The notes beneath the pieces were generated by a model. The model made no database searches. It was not told where the DNA came from and saw only the letters and a program-made list of their open reading frames with translations. This document shows, piece by piece, positions 8,783 through 17,084 of a stretch of DNA of 42,469 nucleotides. The position numbers were made by a program, and so were the translations under genes. Origin of the DNA: Candidatus Woesearchaeota archaeon (GTDB taxonomy: Archaea; Nanobdellota; Nanobdellia; Woesearchaeales; CG1-02-33-12); NCBI GenBank assembly GCA_017610275.1, contig JAFCCI010000005.1, forward strand, positions 1-42,469. The letters are read 5' to 3'. The first letter of the stretch is position 1, and every line of letters starts with the position of its first letter.

Positions 8783-8995
8783 TTATTTCCTCTTTTTTCT
8801 TTTTTTGCTGGATTTTCTTACTTTAAATACAGATTCAATTTTTCTTTCTTCAGTTATGATCTTATTAGTAACTCTCACCAGGTTTTCATCCATTCTTGCA
8901 ATCCTTCTTTCCAACAAAACAAGAATCCTGAGAGAATATACTATTGCCGCTAAAGTGCCCAGTATCACACATAGAATAGCTGTTTCTAATGCCAT
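8783..8995 (-). CDS. Small single-pass membrane protein with a basic C-terminal tail
   Basis: 70 aa. One TM ('ILCVILGTLAAIVYSLRILVLL'), a helical segment, then 'KSSKKRKKRK'. No family recognised. Confidence 0.4.
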   Translation of the reverse strand: MALETAILCVILGTLAAIVYSLRILVLLERRIARMDENLVRVTNKIITEERKIESVFKVRKSSKKRKKRK

Positions 8996-9155
8996 TTTAT
9001 CACCTCTTTTAAACTCTTTTTATTATAATAGTATATTTATATAAATAGTTTTGGATTTTGCATTGTAAATAATTCCTCGTCATTTCCAAAAGATTTAAAT
9101 ATAACTTAACCATTTTAGATATCATTAAAGATTATAAATAAAAATCATATAAAGG

Positions 9156-9428
9156 GTGGATGTAATGGCTGAAGAAGATAAAAAATTCTCAAAACAATTA
9201 ATTGGTAAGATTGTTGTTAGCAAGACTGGAAAGCGCTTTGGTGAGGTTGGTGATATCATATTTGAAACAAGATCCGGGGAGCTTATCAATATTATTTTGG
9301 GCAACCCAACAACATATACTGAAAAATTAGAGCTTGAAAAAAACAAAGAAGGAGAAATATTAATTCCATTTAGTGCAGTCATAGCTGTTGGAGATTTTAT
9401 TGTCATAGCAGAGGAAGACATAATTTAA
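9156..9428 (+). CDS. PRC-barrel domain protein
   Basis: 90 aa. 'LIGKIVVSKTGKRFGEVGDIIFETRSGELINIIL' and 'ILIPFSAVIAVGDFIVI' match the PRC-barrel pattern. A GGTGG SD-like element lies upstream. Confidence 0.7.
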   Translation: MDVMAEEDKKFSKQLIGKIVVSKTGKRFGEVGDIIFETRSGELINIILGNPTTYTEKLELEKNKEGEILIPFSAVIAVGDFIVIAEEDII

Positions 9429-9448
9429 TTCTTTTTTTGGGATAAATA

Positions 9449-9456
9449 TTTAAATA
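9449..9456 (+). promoter_or_regulatory. TATA box (TTTAAATA) for rfcS
   Basis: 21 nt upstream of ATG 9477. No SD. Confidence 0.4.
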
Positions 9457-9476
9457 AAGCTTATTTAGCTTCCTTT

Positions 9477-10439
9477 ATGGAAAACACAATCTGGACTGAA
9501 AAATACAGGCCAAAGGAATTCTCTGATATAAAAGGTCAGAAAGAAATAGTCAAAAGAGTAAAGGCATTTGTTAAGCAAAAAAATATGCCTCATCTATTGT
9601 TTTCCGGGCCAGCGGGAACAGGCAAGACAAGCCTGGCTTTGGTAATATCAAAAAAACTGTTTGGCGACAGCTGGCATGAGAATATTCTTGAATTAAATGC
9701 CTCAGATGAAAGAGGGATTGATGTTGTAAGAAACAAGGTAAAGGATTTTGCAAGGACAAGGGCAATTGGCAATGTGCCGTTTAAGATAATTTACCTTGAT
9801 GAGTCAGATGCCCTGACAAAAGAAGCACAGCAGGCATTGAGAAGAACTATGGAGAATTATACAAGAACATGCCGCTTTATTCTCAGCTGCAACTACAGCA
9901 GCAAAATTATAGAGCCAATACAATCAAGGTGTGCTATATTCAGGTTTAAGTTTTTGAGCAAGAAAGAGATAATAGAACTGATTGAAAAAGTTGCAAAAGC
10001 AGAATCATTAAAAATAGATGATAAGACAAAAGAAGTTTTGTATGAAGTCAGCAATGGGGACTGCAGGAGGATGGAAAATATTTTGCAAAGTTGTGCAGCA
10101 TTATCCAGCAATATAACAGAAGATTTAATCTATTCAATAGCATCTATTGCAAGGCCAAAAGAAGTAGGTGAAGTGTTAAACCTTGCCTTAAAAAATAAAT
10201 TTAAGGATGCAAGGAACAAATTATTGGATGTTATGCTTGAGTATGGGTTGTCTGGCCTTGACATAATAAAACAAATTCAAAAGGAAATACTAAATTTAAC
10301 TATTGAACCAAGGAAAAAGATGTTCTTAATAGATAAATGTGGTGAGATAGAATTCAGGATGGTTGAAGGCTCTGACGAATTTTTACAGCTTGAAGCACTG
10401 TTAAGCCAGGTTACATTAACAGGAATAAAAAAAAATTAA
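9477..10439 (+). CDS. rfcS: Replication factor C small subunit
   Basis: 320 aa. 'WTEKYRP', Walker A 'GPAGTGKTS', 'LDESDALT' (DEAD-like), 'SRC' motif 'IEPIQSRCAIFRF'. Confidence 0.93.
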   Translation: MENTIWTEKYRPKEFSDIKGQKEIVKRVKAFVKQKNMPHLLFSGPAGTGKTSLALVISKKLFGDSWHENILELNASDERGIDVVRNKVKDFARTRAIGNVPFKIIYLDESDALTKEAQQALRRTMENYTRTCRFILSCNYSSKIIEPIQSRCAIFRFKFLSKKEIIELIEKVAKAESLKIDDKTKEVLYEVSNGDCRRMENILQSCAALSSNITEDLIYSIASIARPKEVGEVLNLALKNKFKDARNKLLDVMLEYGLSGLDIIKQIQKEILNLTIEPRKKMFLIDKCGEIEFRMVEGSDEFLQLEALLSQVTLTGIKKN

Positions 10440-11359
10440 ACAGAATGTTTTACCAGAACCTGTGTTGATATGTCTTCTTTATAATCATATTCTAATTTTA
10501 TATTGACTGGTTTTTCAAAATCAGTGTTTGTTTCTGTTTCCTGAGTGCAGGTTATCGTACGTTTTCCGCTATATAAAGTTATATAGCCACTTGTAGCGTC
10601 ACCATCTAAACCAACACAGTTTAAGCCGCTCATTCCTGTATCAACGCTCACAAAAATCCTGTTTTCATTTGTCCTTGTTTCCTCGCAGTTAGAACCCTTT
10701 TTGTATATTCCCCCATTTCCCTTAGGCTCTATTGTAAACTGAAAGTTAAACTTATTCTTTCCTTTAGGAGTTTCTTTAAAGGTTGTAACCTGTACTGGAC
10801 CGCCTGAGTTAAAAACAGCTTTCTCCTCATTAATTTTGCAAATATCTCCTTCTTTATCAATCTGACCTTTTTTTATGCAAAGCATTGAGTTTACATCTGT
10901 TGCATAATTATAACAGACATCGGCCCTTATTGTATAGGGAGTGTTTCCAGTTAAGCTTTCACGGTGATTTAATCCAGAAAATACTACATAAGTTGTTGTT
11001 CCTTCTATTTTGTTTCCTTCTGAATCCTTATAAGTTCCTTCTAAATCCTCATCAGAGTGTTTAACAAAATCAGAATCTGATAATCCAAATTCCCTTGGGT
11101 CAATTCCACTAAGACTTACCTCCACCTTATCCTTGCTTACACTTTGTTCACCATCATTCTTTAGCTTGACAACAACTTCAAAATCAAAGTCCCCCCCATC
11201 ATAGACCTCTGCTGGAGGTGCACCATCATCATAACTTATCAAAAGGCCTGTTGTTCCACCAATAAATGGGCTTTCCTTAGAAGGAGTAATTTTTTCTCCG
11301 CATCCAGATACAAAAATCAATAAACTCAATATTAATATTATATTGACATAATTTTTCAT
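10436..11359 (-). CDS. Secreted lipoprotein, paralog C of a three-member tandem family (unknown function)
   Basis: 307 aa. Signal peptide plus lipobox 'FVSG|C'. Shares 'G..G.L......APP.EVYD', 'CYNY.T.....CI', 'GGPVQVT' and 'NIKLEYDY' blocks with the next two genes. Confidence 0.6.
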   Translation of the reverse strand: MKNYVNIILILSLLIFVSGCGEKITPSKESPFIGGTTGLLISYDDGAPPAEVYDGGDFDFEVVVKLKNDGEQSVSKDKVEVSLSGIDPREFGLSDSDFVKHSDEDLEGTYKDSEGNKIEGTTTYVVFSGLNHRESLTGNTPYTIRADVCYNYATDVNSMLCIKKGQIDKEGDICKINEEKAVFNSGGPVQVTTFKETPKGKNKFNFQFTIEPKGNGGIYKKGSNCEETRTNENRIFVSVDTGMSGLNCVGLDGDATSGYITLYSGKRTITCTQETETNTDFEKPVNIKLEYDYKEDISTQVLVKHSV

Positions 11360-11414
11360 TTTTCAAGCCTCCAGTTTTTAATACATTATTTGATTATATA
11401 AATTTTTCTGTTAA

Positions 11415-12365
11415 TTAGGGTGTGTTTAATATTTCAACACCCTTTTGTATTGATGAAGTGTAACCATACTCTAACTTAACTTGTAGTGGTGTAGTATATG
11501 CTGATTTGCTCATTGCTGGTTTTGGAATAGTGCATATAACACTTCCAGCCCCATTTATTAACCTGATTGGATTATTTGGCCTGCAACTAAGACTATAGCC
11601 AGATACCCTACCACTTACATAAACCTTATCCATGTTTGTATAATCCAATGAATATGGGCAGTCAATATTAAGCCTGTTTTTGTCAATAACCTTACCACTG
11701 CCTACATTTTTGATATATACCTTAAATTGTATTTTGTTTGAAAGCACAGTTTCTTCTATTTTTGTTACAGCAACAGGAGCTCCCTGTCCGCCTGATAATG
11801 AGTAACTTTGGGGGATGGTGCAAACCTTTGTCTTTTGCTTTGTTGAATAAGGCTCTGGATCAATGCATACTGTCTGTGGAGCAAGAGTTTCATAATTATA
11901 GCAGGATGTAACAAGGAAGTTTGCATTATAGCTATCAGTTTTCCTGCTGTCAAAATTTATTATATTGCCCCTAAATGAAACCACATCATAGCCTCCCTCT
12001 GGGTTGTAAATGTTTTTTCCTTCAACCTTTGGAAGTGATATCTGTTTTGGCATGCCCACTACAATAGTATTGTCAAAGCCGCTCAAATAAAGAGTTCCAA
12101 CCCCTTTTGCATTTGGATTGATTACATTAATTGCCCAACCAGTAAGAGAATTTGGTTGTGGATATGCTCCTTTGTTTCTTATTTCTACAACAAGATCAAT
12201 TGGCATGTTGTCATACATCTTAGCTGGAGGCATATCTGTCATGAAATTCATAACAATCCCCTGAGTTCCTTTTCTATAGTCAACACCAGTTTCTCCTGTT
12301 TTTGGAGTGCATCCAAAACTAAAGAATAAAAGAAATATAATAACTATTAATATAATCTTTCTCAT
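11415..12365 (-). CDS. Secreted lipoprotein, paralog B of the tandem family
   Basis: 316 aa. Lipobox 'FSFG|C'. Blocks 'GTQGIVMNFMTDMPPAKMYD', 'SCYNYETLAPQTVCID', 'GQGAPVAVTKIEE', 'YTTPLQVKLEYGYTSSI'. Confidence 0.6.
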   Translation of the reverse strand: MRKIILIVIIFLLFFSFGCTPKTGETGVDYRKGTQGIVMNFMTDMPPAKMYDNMPIDLVVEIRNKGAYPQPNSLTGWAINVINPNAKGVGTLYLSGFDNTIVVGMPKQISLPKVEGKNIYNPEGGYDVVSFRGNIINFDSRKTDSYNANFLVTSCYNYETLAPQTVCIDPEPYSTKQKTKVCTIPQSYSLSGGQGAPVAVTKIEETVLSNKIQFKVYIKNVGSGKVIDKNRLNIDCPYSLDYTNMDKVYVSGRVSGYSLSCRPNNPIRLINGAGSVICTIPKPAMSKSAYTTPLQVKLEYGYTSSIQKGVEILNTP

Positions 12366-12412
12366 TTTATTATATAATCCCTAGATTTCTATTTAAAACT
12401 TTCTATTGGAAA

Positions 12413-13345
12413 CTATTTTTTTATTGTAATTTTTTTTGATATAGAGTAGGTATAGCCATAGTTTAGCTCAATTGTCAATGGGGTAGTATAGGTTGCTCTT
12501 TCCTTTGGCACACCTTTCTCAAGAATACATCTTACAACATCATCACCATATTTCAGCTTTAATGGTATTGGCTTGCATTCAAGCTCTTCATTTGAAAGCA
12601 TGACCTTTATATCCACTATATTTAATTCCTTATAATTTAATGGGTCTGAAGAGCATATATCAGATATTTTATCTTTGTCAATAACTTCCCCATTACCAAC
12701 ATTTTTTATATGGATTTTAAATGCTGGTTTTATTAAATTATCATCATCTACTGGAAGCATTTCACTCTCTACCTTTGTTATTGAAACAGGTGCTCCCTGA
12801 GGAGCAAGAGTTATATCCTTGACCCTGCATACTTTTTGCATCTTTTTTAGGTCATAAACATCTGTATCTATGCAGGTTGTAATATCTTTTTTTGTTTGGT
12901 ATTGGTAGCATACATTTGCTAATATTGTGGATTCATGCTTCTCACTCTGCCCGCCTATTTTCTTTGTTTTTGCTTTTATTATTTTTACTAACTGGTCTCC
13001 GGTTGGAAGAGAAATAGATTTTCCCTTTAAGTTAAACCTAATAGATTCATCATTTTGGTTCATTAATTCCATGTAAGCCTCCTCAACTGTAAAAGAAATA
13101 AATCCATTCTTAATATCAGATGCTCCAACATTCTCTAATATAACCCCTATCTGAAATGGATAATCTTTATATATTTCGTTGGGAGGTGCATTGTTTAAAA
13201 ATTCCATTAAGATACCCTGCTTTCCTGTTCTGAAGTCATCCTGCGTTGTTGGATTTACAAAAGGGTTTGAAATACATCCTGATATAAATAAAACAAGAAT
13301 AATCATAATTAATAAAATAATTCCAGCATTTCTGTTTTGTTTCAT
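12413..13345 (-). CDS. Secreted lipoprotein, paralog A of the tandem family
   Basis: 310 aa. Lipobox 'FISG|C'. Blocks 'GKQGILMEFLNNAPPNEIYKD', 'VCYQYQTKKDITTCID', 'PQGAPVSITKVES', 'YTTPLTIELNYGYTYSI'. Confidence 0.6.
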   Translation of the reverse strand: MKQNRNAGIILLIMIILVLFISGCISNPFVNPTTQDDFRTGKQGILMEFLNNAPPNEIYKDYPFQIGVILENVGASDIKNGFISFTVEEAYMELMNQNDESIRFNLKGKSISLPTGDQLVKIIKAKTKKIGGQSEKHESTILANVCYQYQTKKDITTCIDTDVYDLKKMQKVCRVKDITLAPQGAPVSITKVESEMLPVDDDNLIKPAFKIHIKNVGNGEVIDKDKISDICSSDPLNYKELNIVDIKVMLSNEELECKPIPLKLKYGDDVVRCILEKGVPKERATYTTPLTIELNYGYTYSISKKITIKK

Positions 13346-13378
13346 CTTTTAGTTTTATAATCTTTAGTTTTAGAGTTT

Positions 13379-15799
13379 TTATGCAAATTTTTCTATGTGT
13401 CCCATAACATTTTCTACATAGCTAGTATCTGCATTTTTGTCGCATCCAAGACCATTGTAACCTCTTATCGCCATTTTCACACAATTCCCATCATATTTAA
13501 GATATTTATTTATATACTCATCATTAAAACAATTCTTTCTGACACTACTTTCAAATATTGTTGTTCCATCATTTTTCTTTTTAATATTTCCTTCACTATC
13601 ACAAAAAGTGTTATACTTGTTTTTAAATATCCTGACCCCGCATTCAATATTTGTATTTATATCTTTTAATTCTTCTTTAGTTTTACTACAAAGGCTGCAC
13701 CAGTTGTTTTTAGTTTGTATTTGCATTACCCCAATGCATCCAGTTTCCTTATTTTCTACTACATTTCCTTCACCATCTATATGTTTTAAACCCTCATTTT
13801 CGGTCTCAGCAATTCCTAATATAAGTTTTTCAGGATATCCATATTCTTTAGCAGCCCCTCTTATTTTAAGTTCAACTTCACTGTCATCATAATCCTTCCA
13901 TTCCTCCTTTTTGAGAAAACCCATCATACATTTATCATCATACCATTGGCATTCAATATTATAATCTCCAAAATTACAAATGTCTTTTTCACAATAGTCT
14001 TCAGCAAAGTATATCTTACAATAGTCTTCACTTGGCAGGTCCTGAATAGTTATATAATGTGGGCATTCCTTGCATAAATCATAGGAAACTTCATCACCAC
14101 TTTTCTCGAAAGCCGAATAACAGTCTAAATTGCAAGGATTTGTATCACACCATTCTTGGTTACAAAAGCCAAGCTTATCATAATAATTTCCATCATAGTC
14201 ACCACATTTTAATATATTTTCACATATTTCTTTTATTTCTGATTGACTTTTTAATTCCTCAATTTTATTTTCTTCAGTCATTGCCTCTCCCGGGCTTATG
14301 TATTCTTTTACTTCTTCAATCTCAACAGGTGTTGACTTTTCAAGCTCATAAATATAGTTAACAGTAACCCTAAAATATCTTGTTGTTATTGGCTCATTAC
14401 CAAGCAAACTCTTTGGGTCAGCAGGATTTAACCTGCATTTAATAGAATAGTAATTACTTATATTTTCTGTTCTTTTGTCAGGGACAAGGCTATACACATT
14501 ATATCCATCATCATTTTTTTCTTTGAATTCAAACTCATGGTCACAGTTTGTTAGCTCTAGGCTGTCATGAACCTGAATCTCTAAGTTTGTTACTTTTTTG
14601 ATAATACCCTCCCAATTATTTTCTATGGTTATTCCAAAGAAAAAAGGGTTATTCTCTTGATCACTGTAAACCCCTATTGGCAGCGGCTCAGCTGTTTTCA
14701 TGCCTATTCCTATAGGTCCATTTGTGTATATTGCTATTGGGTTTATATGGCTTATTCCATAATGCTGGAATACATCAATTTCCTCTCTTTTAAAAGCCCT
14801 TAACCTTTCCTTATCCATGAAATATGTTTTTAGATAAGCCATTGTTTCAAAATTAAACTCTGCATTAAATATTACCTCTTTCTTGCCAGGATTAAGTTTG
14901 TCAAATACACAGTCAAGAGTTTCTTCTTCCTCTGTTGCTATATTAAACTCATTCTGAGGAGTTATATTACCATTTATTTTTTTGTCCCCTTCTTTTGCAT
15001 AACATGAAACATTTATGTTAATTTCTTTATCCCCTAATGTTTTTGCTTTTAGGGTAGCCCAAACAATTATTTTTTCTCCTTCAAAGAATTTTGAATCAGA
15101 TGCTTCCAAACCCTCAAGATAAACACCCACTGGCTCATGCTCATAATCATCAACTCTGCCTGTATAATAATCTCCTGTAGCTGTTTGTATAAGGCTATTA
15201 TAAACATTTTTCCAGGTTTTTCCAATATTTTTTATGACACTATTAAATCCATAGCTTAAGTCCCTCATGGTATTTGAGATTGTTTGCTGCACATTAATTC
15301 CTGTTTCAATATCCCCTACTCTTAAATCGTTTATAAAACCATTAATAAGGGCTGGAAAAACAAGAAATACCACTAATAATACTATGCCCCACCTGCATAT
15401 AGTAATAAACCAATTTTGTCCCATTGCAAAACAAAGGTATAATACCCAAGCTGGAAAAAATATAATTGCTGTCTGGAATGCCTGTGAACCTCCTAAAAAA
15501 GGGATTATCCCTCCTAAATAAGGAGCAAATATTGCAATTGATGAGAGGATAATGGGAACTTTAATGTTGGCAACATTAGCAACCCCTGTATTTTCTTGGT
15601 CATTAAATAGGGTAAGCCATGCAGCAAATGTTAATATTAAATAAGCAAATATTCTAAAACTAGTATTTCTAAAGTCTGAAAAAACATCAAGGAGATGAAT
15701 AACCAAACTAATAATAATAAAAAGGGTTATAGAAGGATTAGCAGTGAGCCCTCTATTCATATTCCTTAAAAACCCCTTCCACATATCTCTAGCTGCCAT
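13379..15799 (-). CDS. Large envelope protein: N-terminal polytopic membrane domain, a copy of the lipoprotein-family module, a Cys-rich region, and a C-terminal lytic-transglycosylase (SLT/GH23)-like domain
   Basis: 806 aa. About 5 TM helices lie in residues ~25-165. The centre ('VGVYLEG...','GPIGIGMKT','FFFGITIENNWEG','RYFRVTVNYIYELEKS') is collinear with the lipoprotein paralogs. About 20 Cys lie in 'CENILKCGDYD...CQWYDDKC'. The C-terminus 'LILGIAETEN...GCIGVMQIQ...NIECGVRIF...AIRGYNGLG' resembles the SLT E-S/T ... GLMQ ... AYNxG motifs. Confidence 0.6.
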   Translation of the reverse strand: MAARDMWKGFLRNMNRGLTANPSITLFIIISLVIHLLDVFSDFRNTSFRIFAYLILTFAAWLTLFNDQENTGVANVANIKVPIILSSIAIFAPYLGGIIPFLGGSQAFQTAIIFFPAWVLYLCFAMGQNWFITICRWGIVLLVVFLVFPALINGFINDLRVGDIETGINVQQTISNTMRDLSYGFNSVIKNIGKTWKNVYNSLIQTATGDYYTGRVDDYEHEPVGVYLEGLEASDSKFFEGEKIIVWATLKAKTLGDKEININVSCYAKEGDKKINGNITPQNEFNIATEEEETLDCVFDKLNPGKKEVIFNAEFNFETMAYLKTYFMDKERLRAFKREEIDVFQHYGISHINPIAIYTNGPIGIGMKTAEPLPIGVYSDQENNPFFFGITIENNWEGIIKKVTNLEIQVHDSLELTNCDHEFEFKEKNDDGYNVYSLVPDKRTENISNYYSIKCRLNPADPKSLLGNEPITTRYFRVTVNYIYELEKSTPVEIEEVKEYISPGEAMTEENKIEELKSQSEIKEICENILKCGDYDGNYYDKLGFCNQEWCDTNPCNLDCYSAFEKSGDEVSYDLCKECPHYITIQDLPSEDYCKIYFAEDYCEKDICNFGDYNIECQWYDDKCMMGFLKKEEWKDYDDSEVELKIRGAAKEYGYPEKLILGIAETENEGLKHIDGEGNVVENKETGCIGVMQIQTKNNWCSLCSKTKEELKDINTNIECGVRIFKNKYNTFCDSEGNIKKKNDGTTIFESSVRKNCFNDEYINKYLKYDGNCVKMAIRGYNGLGCDKNADTSYVENVMGHIEKFA

Positions 15800-15827
15800 A
15801 AATCCCTCTTTTTAGAAAAATAAAAGA

Positions 15828-17024
15828 TTATTTTTCAAGTTCTATTTTTAACTCAACAATATCAAGCATTGACAATGGTTCTATTTTTATGAAGTTGTTG
15901 CCTTCTTTTACATAATTATCTATGTTCTTGTAATATTTTGCTTCCTCTGTGTCAATAGAAATCATCCTGTTGTTTATATTAAGGTTCATTTCCTTGTCTT
16001 TTTTGTCATCCACAAACTCAAGAGTTAGCTTAGTATCATATTCATCGCCCTTAATCTTATCATATGTTGATTCGTTAATTGGAAAATAATATGTTGGGTA
16101 GGTTAGCTCTTTAAGATCAGTTGTTATTTTTATTTGCTCAATGCGATAAGAGCCCTTGTCTGTTTTAAAAACAATATTATTATCACCTTTATGTAAAAAT
16201 GTTGCTGAGAAAAGATACATATTGATTGTTTTGCAGTCAGGCACCCCAGAAAAGACCTCTCGATAGTTAATTAATACATCCAGTTTTCCAGCATCGTCCT
16301 GTTCGCAATCAGGCCAAAACCTGAGTTTTGCTCTCTCTAAATTTAACTTTTCATTCTCACTTACAAAGAATATATTCTTGCTTTCCTGCCTGCTTATATC
16401 CGCAACATCACCAACTATCCTAATGTCATCAAGGCTGTAAACATTTGTTGACCAGAATTTAATTCCTGTTCCAGAAACACTAAATTCCAGTATATTATCC
16501 TCTTCAAAATAATTTTTTTTAAGTTTTATTGGCTTTGGATTTGATGTTGTTATCTCGCTCTCAAATATATTAATATCATTAAGTTTTATGGTCAATATTC
16601 CCGTATGCTTTTTTGCTGTAAATGATAATAAAATATTTTCTGTATTTTTTAAGTCTAATATTTTAAAAGGAATTTCCTTTTTTACTTCATCAAATAATCC
16701 ATGCCTTATAATAAATGGATTAATTGTATCTAATTCTTGTGCATTTATAGTTTTATATAATTTAAATGCAGATATATCGTGCTCATACTCCTTCTCTTTC
16801 AGGTAATCAATCCTTCCAGGATACTCAAGCATTAAAATATTTTCTTCATCTTCAGCACTAACGCCACCTTCATCTTCATCTTCAATAGTTTCATTTTCCC
16901 CTAATAATTCTGCCCTTTCATCTGGCGGCAGAAATATAATATATAATATAATTAATCCAACCATAAGGGCTATAAATCCTGTTGCACTAGCAGCATTAGT
17001 ACCTTGAGCTTTTTTATTATTCAT
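15828..17024 (-). CDS. N-terminally membrane-anchored extracytoplasmic protein (unknown family), first gene of the 17024-10436 module
   Basis: 398 aa. One N-terminal TM ('GFIALMVGLIILYIIFL'), an acidic stretch 'EDEDEGGVSAEDEEN', then a beta-rich region. A 28-nt gap separates it from the next gene. Confidence 0.5.
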   Translation of the reverse strand: MNNKKAQGTNAASATGFIALMVGLIILYIIFLPPDERAELLGENETIEDEDEGGVSAEDEENILMLEYPGRIDYLKEKEYEHDISAFKLYKTINAQELDTINPFIIRHGLFDEVKKEIPFKILDLKNTENILLSFTAKKHTGILTIKLNDINIFESEITTSNPKPIKLKKNYFEEDNILEFSVSGTGIKFWSTNVYSLDDIRIVGDVADISRQESKNIFFVSENEKLNLERAKLRFWPDCEQDDAGKLDVLINYREVFSGVPDCKTINMYLFSATFLHKGDNNIVFKTDKGSYRIEQIKITTDLKELTYPTYYFPINESTYDKIKGDEYDTKLTLEFVDDKKDKEMNLNINNRMISIDTEEAKYYKNIDNYVKEGNNFIKIEPLSMLDIVELKIELEK

Positions 17025-17084
17025 AGATGACCACCTGTCCTAAATAGATAACTTAATATATATAAGTTTTCCTATTTTAAAGGT

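Noticed and set aside
10436-17024. Interpreting the module as a type IV secretion or conjugation system (SLT ~ VirB1, polytopic membrane ~ VirB6, lipoproteins ~ VirB7/9)
   Set aside because: No VirB4/VirD4/VirB11-type ATPase, relaxase or pilin gene is present in or next to the cluster. It is flanked by core genes, and I see no sequence motifs of VirB6 or VirB9. The analogy is architectural only.
15828-17024. N-terminus 'MNNKKAQGTNAASATGFIALMVGLIILYIIF' as an archaeal class III (type IV pilin) signal peptide
   Set aside because: The hydrophobic stretch starts about 8 residues after the K-A-Q-G. The residues after the putative cleavage site do not fit the [KR][GA][hydrophobic]3-4 pattern. It is more simply an N-terminal membrane anchor.
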